From a virus, in IMG/VR virus record IMGVR_UViG_3300044714_000124, positions 5,577 through 69,576 of that record: DNA of 64,000 nucleotides, one strand, 5' to 3'. This document shows positions 18,905-28,029 of this stretch, in pieces. The position numbers and the translations under genes are program-made. How positions within the stretch are numbered: position 1 is the first letter of the stretch; each line of letters opens with the position of its first letter. The notes beneath the pieces are model-generated. The model worked only from the letters and a program-made list of their open reading frames with translations, was not told where the DNA came from and did not search any database.

Positions 18905-18990
18905 GCAAAGGGCGTCGTAAAAATGCCGATCGATAGATTGTGCCGGAAGCTGGATCACGAACGAAAGAAACGCTAGGGAAATCTCTTCGC

Positions 18991-19278
18991 ATGACCCTGC
19001 ATCTCCCACTCGACGAAGCCCAGATCGCTTGCGCCGATCTGCTCAAGGAAGCACTCGCCGAAGCGCTTGAAGGCCGCGTGACGTCGATCGGGATCATTGC
19101 CTGCATGAAGGACGGCTATGCCGCGGTGATGGCGGGCCATCAGGCGTCCGCTCTCAATCTGGGCTGCGACGAGCTCAAGCGGCGTATCCTCGATGCGATT
19201 TCCTCCGGGAATGTAAGGCCGGTGGCGGCGAAGCCGAAAATCGAGCTTGGGGTGTGGGAAAACGGGAGGCCGAAATGA
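18991..19278 (+). CDS. hypothetical protein
   Basis: ORF overlapping the next start codon. Confidence 0.5.
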   Translation: MTLHLPLDEAQIACADLLKEALAEALEGRVTSIGIIACMKDGYAAVMAGHQASALNLGCDELKRRILDAISSGNVRPVAAKPKIELGVWENGRPK

Positions 19279-19823
19279 GCGATTACGAGAAGCTGAAACG
19301 CAGAGTTCTTGAATTCGAGGAATGGTTGCGAGGAAACGATCGTGCGGGCGGCGGTCAATTCGATACGCTGGTTCATGATTTGTGGAACGAGATCGAGTGG
19401 CTGCGCTCCAGACTTGGCGCGATCTCCGATTCCGAATCCGGTAGGTCATGGGCGCCTGAGGAATTTTCCGATATGACGTTTCGGGATTTCAGCCGTGCAA
19501 ATCGTAAACGCTGCGAAGCCGGGAATGGGTTTAATCATCGGCTGGATGCTTGGACTTCATCCGATTGGATGACGGCAGTCATGGGCGAATTGGGTGAAGC
19601 AGCAAATATCGTGAAGAAACTTAACCGTGTTCGCGATTGTATTCCTGGAAATAAAGAAACGGAAAAAGAACTGAAAAATAAGCTCTATCAGGAGCTCGGA
19701 GATACTTTTGTCTATCTTGATCTGCTTTCTCAGTCGTTAGCATTTAATATCGGGGAAGCGGCTTGTGTGGTGTTTAAAAATAAATCAATCCAAATAGGGT
19801 ATCCCCTGGTGGATAAAATATGA
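19275..19823 (+). CDS. MazG-like nucleotide pyrophosphohydrolase
   Basis: GELGEAANIVKK...ELGDTFVYLDLL. Confidence 0.8.
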   Translation: MSDYEKLKRRVLEFEEWLRGNDRAGGGQFDTLVHDLWNEIEWLRSRLGAISDSESGRSWAPEEFSDMTFRDFSRANRKRCEAGNGFNHRLDAWTSSDWMTAVMGELGEAANIVKKLNRVRDCIPGNKETEKELKNKLYQELGDTFVYLDLLSQSLAFNIGEAACVVFKNKSIQIGYPLVDKI

Positions 19824-22078
19824 CCGACCTCTCCGTCGTCATCGATGACGATACGCAAACCGTCCACGTCGATCCGGTAACGGGCAGCGTGACGACGGAT
19901 CAGCCCGACGGCGGGGTGGTCGTGCAATTGCGTGATCGTCCAAAAACGGCGGATGCGAGCGCCGGTGACTTTGACGCCAATTTAGCCGAGACGATGGATT
20001 CGCAGAGCCTCGCGAGGATCGCCAACGATCTTTATGACGCCATCGGGGCCGACGATCAGTCGCGTCAGGAATATCTGCAAATCCGCGCCCGCGGCTTCGG
20101 CCTGCTCGGCACGAAACTCGAAGAGCCGAAATCGACAGTCGGCGATACCTCGTCGTCGATGGAGGGTATGGCGACCGTCACCAATCCGCTGCTGCTCGAA
20201 GCGGTCCTCAAAGGATGGGCCAACGCTCATGCCGAGATGCTGCCGGCCGATGGCCCGGTCAAGATCAAGGAGGACGGCGAGGAAACAACCGCCGACGATG
20301 ACGACGCCGAAGCGCTCGAGCGCGGCATGAACCATTACCTCACGGTCACGGCCTCCGATTATTACGCCGACACGTCGCACATGCTGTTGTGGGGGCCGTA
20401 TTTCGGCGGCAGCGGATTCAAGAAAGTCTATCGTTGTCCGTTGCGCGAGCGTCCGGTGTCGGAAGCAATCGACGTCAAGGATTTGATCGTTTCCGACGCC
20501 AAGAAAGACCTGCGCGCATGCGAGCGCATCACCTTCCAGACGGAGATGCGCTCGTCCGTCATGAAGCGTATGAAGCTCGCCGGCGCCTATCGCGACGTGA
20601 CGTTGACGCAACCTTCGCCCGAAACCAACGCGGTCGATTCGAAGATCGCGTCTATCCAAGGCGTGCAGCCGTCGCAGACGCGACCGGAAGACCAGCCGCA
20701 CAACATCTGGGAATCGCAATGCGAGCTCGATATCGAAGAAGGCTTCGACCATAAATCGATGCGCGGCAGCCGCTTCAAGGACCGTGGCATTCCGCTGCCC
20801 TATCTCGTCACGATGGACAAGGATTCCCGCGAAATCCTCGCCCTGCGCCGCGATTGGAGCGAGGGCGATCCGAACTGCACGCGAAAACGCCTCTATGTCC
20901 GCTTTCCCTATGTTCCCGGTCCCGGCTTCTACGGCACGGGCCTGCTCAACATCCTTGGCAATTCATCGGCCGCGATGACGGCTGCATGGCGGCTCGCTCT
21001 CGACAGCGGCATGCTGGCGAACTTCCCGTCAGGTATGATCGCCAAGATCGCCGGTCGCCAGAACTCAAGCGACATGCGCGCCGGCCCCGGCGAGTTCGTT
21101 CCGATCGACACCGGGGGGGTGCCGCTCAAAGACATGATCATGCCCAATCCGTTCCATGACATCACGTCGGGCTTCATGACGCTGATCGACAAGATCAGTT
21201 CGCAGGCCAAGGAAGTCGGCGGAACGGCCGATATCCCGGTCGGCGAGGGCCTCCAGAATGTCCCGGTCGGGACGATGCTTGCCAATATCGAGCAGGCAAC
21301 GAAGATCATGGCCGCCGCCCACAAGGGCCTCGTCAAGGCGATGGCGGAAGAGTTGCAGATGCTGCTCGACCTATTCCGCCGGCATCCCGAAGACTTCTGG
21401 CGCGAAAGCGAAATCCAGCCGGATTATTGGGACGAGCAGAAGCTTTTGCGCGCCCTCGACAATACCAAGCTGGTGCCGGTCGCCGACCCCAACACGCCGT
21501 CGCATCTCCATCGCGTCGCAAAAGCGCTCGCCCTCGTGCAATTGCTTGCCGTGCCGCAGTTCGCGCCGCTTCTCAATGCCAAGGAAGCGCTGCTGCGCTG
21601 CCTGCGGGTGATCCGCGAAGACCCGACCAACCTCGTTGTCGATCCCCCGCCCCAGGCTCAACAGCCCGACCCGAAGGCCATCGCCGCTCAGGCCGCGCTG
21701 ACCAAGGCTCAGGTCGCCGGCATGGAAGCGCAGGCCAAGGTCGCCTCGGCGCAACAGGATGCGCAGCTACAGCAAGCGAAGTTGGCGACCGAAAAGGATA
21801 TCGCGACCGTCGATCTGTCGAAGGAAATGGTCATCCACAATGCCGATCAGGATCGTCTTGCCCAGCAAAACGATCTTGAGGCAAGGCAGCACGCTCTCGA
21901 CGTCGTCAAGACAGCCCATCAGATTCGCGGCGATCAGCAAGACCGCGGCCTTGAAGCGGTCAAGACCGCGCACGACGCCGCGATGGATCATCACGAGGCC
22001 GGAATGGCGCAGCAGGAACATGCGTTGAATGTCGCTCAGGCGATGAAGCCGGAAACGCCGGCCGCGAAGAAGGATTGA
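19820..22078 (+). CDS. portal protein
   Basis: 752 aa downstream of the terminase; FDANLAE, GSGFKKVY, YVPGPGFYGTGL, PGEFVPID, PVGT; Gln/Ala coiled-coil C-terminus. Confidence 0.88.
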   Translation: MTDLSVVIDDDTQTVHVDPVTGSVTTDQPDGGVVVQLRDRPKTADASAGDFDANLAETMDSQSLARIANDLYDAIGADDQSRQEYLQIRARGFGLLGTKLEEPKSTVGDTSSSMEGMATVTNPLLLEAVLKGWANAHAEMLPADGPVKIKEDGEETTADDDDAEALERGMNHYLTVTASDYYADTSHMLLWGPYFGGSGFKKVYRCPLRERPVSEAIDVKDLIVSDAKKDLRACERITFQTEMRSSVMKRMKLAGAYRDVTLTQPSPETNAVDSKIASIQGVQPSQTRPEDQPHNIWESQCELDIEEGFDHKSMRGSRFKDRGIPLPYLVTMDKDSREILALRRDWSEGDPNCTRKRLYVRFPYVPGPGFYGTGLLNILGNSSAAMTAAWRLALDSGMLANFPSGMIAKIAGRQNSSDMRAGPGEFVPIDTGGVPLKDMIMPNPFHDITSGFMTLIDKISSQAKEVGGTADIPVGEGLQNVPVGTMLANIEQATKIMAAAHKGLVKAMAEELQMLLDLFRRHPEDFWRESEIQPDYWDEQKLLRALDNTKLVPVADPNTPSHLHRVAKALALVQLLAVPQFAPLLNAKEALLRCLRVIREDPTNLVVDPPPQAQQPDPKAIAAQAALTKAQVAGMEAQAKVASAQQDAQLQQAKLATEKDIATVDLSKEMVIHNADQDRLAQQNDLEARQHALDVVKTAHQIRGDQQDRGLEAVKTAHDAAMDHHEAGMAQQEHALNVAQAMKPETPAAKKD

Positions 22079-22084
22079 TCCCGG

Positions 22085-22543
22085 ATGTATGATTTGAGCC
22101 TTGAAGCCGCCCGGCGGCAGTTCGAGACACTGTTCTCCCACGTCTATGAATTCCGGTCGGAAACTCATCGGATTGGCAGGAATGAGTTGTTTCCGGCTCG
22201 AACGCCCAACGGCAAATCCTACATGATCGTTCGCAATGGCACCCTCGTGCTCGAAGCCGAAAACCGCGTCGCCCCCTTGCCTGAGCGCGACGCCATCGCG
22301 GCATGGTCTTCTGCGGTAATATCGCTTTGGCGGTTGATGGGCGCGCCATCCTACCTTTACTGGCGCACCGGTCCGGCATATGATTCCGGGTTCGTCTATT
22401 CACGATTCGCAATGTCCCACGATCCGCCGTTCGACAACTATGCGGGGCGGCCGATCAAGTCGCCCGAGCATGCGCCGCTCCTCCAGGAGGTCTCCGATGG
22501 CTCATCCCTATCATCAGCATCGCCAACACAAGGTCGAGCATAG
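22085..22543 (+). CDS. hypothetical protein
   Basis: 152-aa ORF directly after the portal gene. Confidence 0.45.
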   Translation: MYDLSLEAARRQFETLFSHVYEFRSETHRIGRNELFPARTPNGKSYMIVRNGTLVLEAENRVAPLPERDAIAAWSSAVISLWRLMGAPSYLYWRTGPAYDSGFVYSRFAMSHDPPFDNYAGRPIKSPEHAPLLQEVSDGSSLSSASPTQGRA

Positions 22544-23255
22544 GCGCGTCGGCCATATCGCGCACGGCTATGCCAGCGGCGGCGGCGTGCGGGTGGAGCA
22601 CACCGACGAGGGCGCCGACCGCAAGCTGTTCGCGAAGATGTTCCGCGAGCGCGATGCGCAGGCCGCGGAGGGCGAAGGTGCCGCCCAACGCCGCGATCGT
22701 CCGCACCGCGCGAGGGGCGGCAAGGTTTCCGGCAAGAAGCATCATGGCAAAACCAACGTCAATGTGATCGTAGCGCCGTCCGCCCCTCCTGCTGCGGGCG
22801 GCCTGCGTGGTCCGCAGGTCCTCCCTGGCGGACCGGTCGCGGCGGGCGCACCCGTGTCTCCCCAGACCCCCCCGCCGCGACCTCCCATGCCGCCGCAGGC
22901 CGGTGTCGGCCCCGTTCCGCCCGGAATCGGTGCTTCTGGGGCGCCGGTCATTCCCCCCGGCATGCGCCGCGCCGGAGGGCGTACCGGCTACGCCAAAGGC
23001 GGCGGGGTGAAAGACGGCCCGGCCTGGCGGGAAGGCATTCGCAACGCCACGCCCGTTCAACACAACGAGAGCGGCAAGCTGAATATGGGCGATGTAGGCC
23101 GCGGCAAGCCGATCACCTATCGGCAGGGCGGCGCGGTGCGCGGCGAATCCTCCGATGCAATCGCGCCCGCCACGAAGTTGCCGGGCGGCTCCGGCGGGGC
23201 ACGCGCGCGGCTGGCGAAGGAGAAGCGCGCGGCCAAGGATTATGCGAGGGCATGA
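22497..23255 (+). CDS. low-complexity protein with repeated xxGGxV motifs
   Basis: GGAGG RBS; YASGGGV, RARGGKV, YAKGGGV, YRQGGAV. Confidence 0.65.
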   Translation: MAHPYHQHRQHKVEHRRVGHIAHGYASGGGVRVEHTDEGADRKLFAKMFRERDAQAAEGEGAAQRRDRPHRARGGKVSGKKHHGKTNVNVIVAPSAPPAAGGLRGPQVLPGGPVAAGAPVSPQTPPPRPPMPPQAGVGPVPPGIGASGAPVIPPGMRRAGGRTGYAKGGGVKDGPAWREGIRNATPVQHNESGKLNMGDVGRGKPITYRQGGAVRGESSDAIAPATKLPGGSGGARARLAKEKRAAKDYARA

Positions 23256-23482
23256 TGGCCGGCGGCGAATCTCCGATCAAGTTTTTCGCCGCCGACTATC
23301 CTGGTGGCCCGCGCAATCTCAGGGAACGCCTCGATGAGGCCATGCGCCTTTGTGCGCGGGAAATCGTAACCCCCGGCGTGGTCAAGGATTGGCCGGATTT
23401 TGTGCGGCGGATGGGAATTGTCCAGGGGTTGCAATCCGCCATCGGGATCTGCGATCGGATCGACAAGGAAATGAGGTCGTAA
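23252..23482 (+). CDS. hypothetical protein
   Basis: DWPDFVRRMGIVQGL; lies before the GroES-like genes. Confidence 0.55.
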   Translation: MMAGGESPIKFFAADYPGGPRNLRERLDEAMRLCAREIVTPGVVKDWPDFVRRMGIVQGLQSAIGICDRIDKEMRS

Positions 23483-23914
23483 ATGCACGCTAATTTACGT
23501 GAAATAGCCGAAGCGGCGACAGTCGATCCAAAACAGGCGCTATTGGACGCTGTAGGGGAGTTGTCCTACTACGAGGTGTTTCATAATCTCGTGCTGATCG
23601 CGACTTACGTGGCCTCGGAAAAGGTTGGATCATTGTATATGCCCGATCAGACGTTGACGGCCGGACGATTTTATAACGAGGTCGGGTTGGTTCTCAAAAG
23701 TGGTCCGCTGGCATTCAGGGATGACGATGCCGTGAAGTTTGGCGGCATTACGATAGCAACTGGCGATTGGGTGCTTTATAAGCCGTCCGAAGCCTGGGAG
23801 CATTTCATCCGGGATCGGCGTGGTGCTCATAAGGGGGTGTCGGTGCGACTGGTGCATGATACCAGAGTGCTTGCGCGGGTTGTCGATCCGACGATGATCG
23901 GCCGCAGCAGATGA
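23483..23914 (+). CDS. GroES-like co-chaperonin, copy 1
   Basis: GSLYMPD...GLVLKSGPLAFRD...GDWVLY...RLVHDTRVLARV. Confidence 0.7.
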   Translation: MHANLREIAEAATVDPKQALLDAVGELSYYEVFHNLVLIATYVASEKVGSLYMPDQTLTAGRFYNEVGLVLKSGPLAFRDDDAVKFGGITIATGDWVLYKPSEAWEHFIRDRRGAHKGVSVRLVHDTRVLARVVDPTMIGRSR

Positions 23915-24309
23915 CTACTTTGCGGCAAGTCGCCAAAGCCTCGGCGGTGGAATCGCAAGATGCGTGGCGGGCGGCTCTTGGCGACATCTCCGGGATGGCA
24001 ATTGAAGGGAATTTTTTGTTGGTTGCTCCATATATAGGATCGGAGAAAATCGGATCGTTGTTCAAGACGGACGAACATCTCGAACAGGCGAGATATCAGG
24101 CAAAAACAGGATTTGTGTTGAAGTGCGGCCCGGTGGCATTTCGCGATGATGAGAGCGTGCGGTTTGGCGGCGTTGGTGTAAAAAACGGTGATTGGGTCAT
24201 ATTTCATCCTAGAAAAATCTTTGAAATTTTCGTAAATGGACTGCCTTTGCGTTTATTGGAAGACGTTGATGTGATGGCGCGGGTCACCGACCCCGAAATG
24301 ATTTATTGA
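23911..24309 (+). CDS. GroES-like co-chaperonin, copy 2
   Basis: GFVLKCGPVAFRD...GDWVIF...RLLEDVDVMARVTDP; paralog of the preceding gene. Confidence 0.72.
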   Translation: MTTLRQVAKASAVESQDAWRAALGDISGMAIEGNFLLVAPYIGSEKIGSLFKTDEHLEQARYQAKTGFVLKCGPVAFRDDESVRFGGVGVKNGDWVIFHPRKIFEIFVNGLPLRLLEDVDVMARVTDPEMIY

Positions 24310-24316
24310 GGGCGTC

Positions 24317-24610
24317 ATGCCACTGATAACCTCGCGCCGATCGCTGATTACCGGGCTGGTCTCGTTGATGGCCGCGCCGGCCATCGTGCGTCTGCAAAGC
24401 ATCATGCCGGTCAAGGCGATCGAGGCATTTGATCCGGTTAAAGACACCGAAGGTCTTGCTGCGTGTGTCGCGTCGGGTTACGCCATCACATGCAAGGCCA
24501 TCGTCGATAATCTCTTCGAACAGCAATTCAATGCGCCTAATCTGCTTTTTGTAAAGGCGCTGGAACATTTTTCCCAAGGATACAATGATCCGAGATCAAT
24601 CTATGGCTGA
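24317..24610 (+). CDS. hypothetical protein with a Tat-like N-terminus
   Basis: SRRSLITGLVSLMAAPAIVR. Confidence 0.5.
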   Translation: MPLITSRRSLITGLVSLMAAPAIVRLQSIMPVKAIEAFDPVKDTEGLAACVASGYAITCKAIVDNLFEQQFNAPNLLFVKALEHFSQGYNDPRSIYG

Positions 24611-25628
24611 CGAAGATATCGTGATCGCCCTCGAACCGGATGTCACCGGCACAACGGCCGGCAACCAATCTGTCGTCACGAAGACTGTCGATCCCGCCGA
24701 GGACCTCGCCGCACAATTCAAGGAAGCCCAGGCCGAACGGGACCGCGAACGCCAAGGCCGCGAAGCGGCGGAGCGCCAGGCGCAGGCCGAGCGGGAAAAC
24801 AGCCGGCGCGCCCATGAGGAACTCGCGACAGCCCGCCGGGAAACGAGCGACAGCCGCTACGATACGGTGTCGTCTGGCATAACCGCGGCGACTGCCGAGA
24901 TCGATGCTGCCAAGAAGGACATCCGTGCCGCCGCCGAAGCTGGCGATTTCGACCGTCAGGCCGACGCATACGACAAGCTCGCCCGAGCCAATGCGCGCAT
25001 GGTGCTGCTTACCGAGGCAAAGAGCGAGCTTGAAGCGCAGCGGTCGCGAAGTGCTGACGAAGGGGCTGCGGCCGATACACGGCGCCAGGGCGCCCAGACC
25101 GCCGCTGCGGCGCCGGCCGACCCGGTCGAGGCATTCATCTCATCGCGCACGGCGCCTAGCCAGCAATGGCTCCGCGCGCATCTCGATTACGTCAAGGACC
25201 CGAAAAAAAACGCCCGGATGACGGCCGCTCATTTCGATGCGAAGGCGGATGGCCTGATGGAAGATACGGCGGAATATTTCGCGCACATCAACAAATATCT
25301 CGGTCTGGATCGCGCGGCCAATGGCGCCGGCAATGACACCGGCAACGGTCATGCGCAGAATCAGCAAACCGCCATAAGGAGACCCGCCGTGCCCGTTGCT
25401 CCCGTCAATTCGAGCCGCGGCGGCGACGGCAGCAGTCCGACCGAAGTGCGTTTGAGCCGGTCGGAGGCCGAAGCCGCGACCGACGGAACGCATGTGTGGA
25501 ATTATGACGATCCTTCGCCGCAGAAGCGCTTCAAGAAAGGCGATCCGATCGGGACTCAGGAATTTGCGCGGCGCAAATACGAAATGACGAAGCAGGGGCG
25601 CTATGCGCGGTATAACACGGATCAGTAG
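24603..25628 (+). CDS. capsid scaffolding protein (putative)
   Basis: Acidic coiled-coil protein in the head module with a C-terminal VRLSRSE...EFARRK helix. Confidence 0.65.
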   Translation: MADEDIVIALEPDVTGTTAGNQSVVTKTVDPAEDLAAQFKEAQAERDRERQGREAAERQAQAERENSRRAHEELATARRETSDSRYDTVSSGITAATAEIDAAKKDIRAAAEAGDFDRQADAYDKLARANARMVLLTEAKSELEAQRSRSADEGAAADTRRQGAQTAAAAPADPVEAFISSRTAPSQQWLRAHLDYVKDPKKNARMTAAHFDAKADGLMEDTAEYFAHINKYLGLDRAANGAGNDTGNGHAQNQQTAIRRPAVPVAPVNSSRGGDGSSPTEVRLSRSEAEAATDGTHVWNYDDPSPQKRFKKGDPIGTQEFARRKYEMTKQGRYARYNTDQ

Positions 25629-25636
25629 GAGACTTG

Positions 25637-26296
25637 ATGTCGTTTTCGTCATGGGTGCGCCGTGCGGTGGCGTACGTGGAAAGCTTGGTCGCGCCGCGAC
25701 GCGACACCAAACCTTATTCAATCGATCCGTTTCACGTCGATCCCGCCATTGTGCCGGAGGGATGGGAGTATCAATGGAATGTTCTGACCGTTCTCGGGCA
25801 GGAACAGGTGCAGTTGGAAAAATTCATGGCAAATGGCGGCTGGCATCCGGTCCCGTTTCGCAAGCATGCGCGTTATTTTCCAGGCTATGAACGCGACGGG
25901 GAAATTCACTATGGTGGTCAACGGCTGGAACGCCGGCTCAAAGCAGAAAACGCCGGCAGGACAAGCGCCGGGGGCCTTGAGGAAATCCTGGGCTATCATG
26001 CTCAACGGTATCCGCAACTGCCGTCGATTGATAAGGTGCTGGAATCCCCCAAGGGGGTTTATGGGTTGTCATATAATGATCGAAATCCAATAAAGTCATC
26101 TCCGACAGAGCATGTTTCGATCGAAGATGTCGTATTGACGACAAGAGAAATCGAAGCAGCGACCGATGGAACAATCCCTTGGAACCATGACGATATCGCT
26201 GGGAGCTATAAAAAAGGCGATCCCATCGGAATTGACGAGTATAAACGCCGGAAGGCGATCATGACCAAAGAGGGCCGCTACGATGTCAAACACTGA
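25637..26296 (+). CDS. chimeric paralog: N-half like the downstream gene, C-terminus like the upstream scaffold
   Basis: HVDPAIVPEGWEYQWN shared with 26283-26930; EAATDGT...KKGDPIG..E..RRK..MTK.GRY shared with 24603-25628. Confidence 0.7.
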   Translation: MSFSSWVRRAVAYVESLVAPRRDTKPYSIDPFHVDPAIVPEGWEYQWNVLTVLGQEQVQLEKFMANGGWHPVPFRKHARYFPGYERDGEIHYGGQRLERRLKAENAGRTSAGGLEEILGYHAQRYPQLPSIDKVLESPKGVYGLSYNDRNPIKSSPTEHVSIEDVVLTTREIEAATDGTIPWNHDDIAGSYKKGDPIGIDEYKRRKAIMTKEGRYDVKH

Positions 26297-26930
26297 GGGA
26301 ATGCCGATGGACCTCGGCGAGGACGTTCATGCCGCCGCCATGCCGCGCCGCGGGCGCCCGCGCAAGGATGCGCGTTCCGAGTCTGCCCGCGAATTGCCGC
26401 GCGAGATGCGCGAAGGTCTCGTCGTGCAGGGCCGCAACGGCGAAATGCTGTCCCGGAAGAGGCGCGGCAACATCTCCGACCCGCTGCACGTCGATCCTTC
26501 CATGGTGCCCGAAGGTTGGGAATACCAGTGGAACACCGTCGATGTCTACGGCAATGCCGACGTGGTCCGCCGCCAATCGAATGAGATGTACGCGAACGGC
26601 TGGCGCCCTGTTCCGGCCGAGCGCCATCCGGGCATCTGGACGGCGATCGATTACAAGGGGCCTATCATCATGGCCGGATGCCGTCTTGACGAGCGGCCGA
26701 AATCCCTGTGCGACGATGCCCGCGAAGACATGCGGGCCGAAGCTCGCCGGCAGACTCAGGATCGTGACAATTCGATCATGGGCGGCAAGGCCGCGTTGCG
26801 GCAGAACATGCCGCCTGGATTCGAGATGGATCGGCGCTATCGCGGCACCGGCGGCGACCTGCGCATGTCGATCGATCCGGCAGTGGACGTGCCGGCGCCG
26901 CAGCATCGGCTTGCGGAACCAGGGGAATGA
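26283..26930 (+). CDS. conserved head-module protein
   Basis: PEGWEYQW...GWRPVPAERHP...GCRLDERP. Confidence 0.7.
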   Translation: MSNTEGMPMDLGEDVHAAAMPRRGRPRKDARSESARELPREMREGLVVQGRNGEMLSRKRRGNISDPLHVDPSMVPEGWEYQWNTVDVYGNADVVRRQSNEMYANGWRPVPAERHPGIWTAIDYKGPIIMAGCRLDERPKSLCDDAREDMRAEARRQTQDRDNSIMGGKAALRQNMPPGFEMDRRYRGTGGDLRMSIDPAVDVPAPQHRLAEPGE

Positions 26931-27069
26931 GGATTACCCATCCGGGACATCTTTCGGCTTGGGCAGCGCCGGGCTCGGGTATCGGAAATGTAGCCTGCGG
27001 GTTTCGGATGGGACAAAGCGTGATCACCGTTCAAGGCTACAGACCGGCGCACCAATCAAGGAGGATCGA

Positions 27070-28029
27070 TTGCCGAAACTGGTCATCTCTCTAGCGACCC
27101 GAGGCCGCCCGGCGCAGCTTCTTGACACCATCCTGAAGTCCCGCGCGAACTGGACGCACCCGGAAACCGTGCTGGTGGTCGCCTGCGACGATGACGACCA
27201 GCCATCCATCGCCGCGGTGCTCGGCCTCAATCCCGCGATCCGCCATCCGCAATTGCCGGTCCCCCAGACCGGTATCGTGCTTGATGTCAGGCCAAGAGAA
27301 GACACCATCGCCGGCAAATGGAACCGCGCAATCGAAGTCCCCGCCGATGTCTATCTGGTGGCCGCCGATGATGCTCCCGATGTCACGCCGGGTTACGACA
27401 GCGCCATTCTCGAAGCCGCTGGCCGTTTCAACGACGGAATCGGTGTCGTATATGGGCACCTCGCCAACGCTTCCTTTCCCGGCATCATGGCCCCAACCCG
27501 CAAGTTTGTCGAAAAGCTCGGCCATATCTTTCCTCCGTTGTTCTCCTACTGGTTCGTCGATCACTGGATCGACGATATCGCGCGATTGATCGACCGCATT
27601 TCGTTTGCCGATGTTCGCACCGACCAATCCCGCGCCGGGCAGACCCAGGAAATGCGCGAGCCTGCTTGGTGGGCGAATTTCTTCGATGCGGGCTATCTGC
27701 TGCGCCGGCGGATCGCTCATGCGATCGTCTCCGGCGAGGACTTCATCGAGACTCCGGGCCGGAAAGCGATACTGCTTGCCCACCATCCCCTGATCGAATT
27801 CCGTTCGCGCTGGATCAACGACAACGTCCGCGCCAATGCGGGCGCAATGACCAATTGGGCGGCCGAGCAGAACAAGGACGAGCGCTACATGCGCGTGCGC
27901 AATGCCGCGGTGGGGATGCTCGATGGCATTCTCGACGGAATGGATGCCGTCGAGGCGGCGCGGTTTCGTGGCTTGCTGGTGCCGCCCACCATCGTGCCGG
28001 CGCTGCCGCGGGCTGTGGGGTTCATGTGA
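27070..28029 (+). CDS. glycosyltransferase (GT-A/GT2-like)
   Basis: TTG start after GAGGA; ISLATRGRP, VACDDDD, VAADD, FVDHWIDD. Confidence 0.75.
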   Translation: MPKLVISLATRGRPAQLLDTILKSRANWTHPETVLVVACDDDDQPSIAAVLGLNPAIRHPQLPVPQTGIVLDVRPREDTIAGKWNRAIEVPADVYLVAADDAPDVTPGYDSAILEAAGRFNDGIGVVYGHLANASFPGIMAPTRKFVEKLGHIFPPLFSYWFVDHWIDDIARLIDRISFADVRTDQSRAGQTQEMREPAWWANFFDAGYLLRRRIAHAIVSGEDFIETPGRKAILLAHHPLIEFRSRWINDNVRANAGAMTNWAAEQNKDERYMRVRNAAVGMLDGILDGMDAVEAARFRGLLVPPTIVPALPRAVGFM

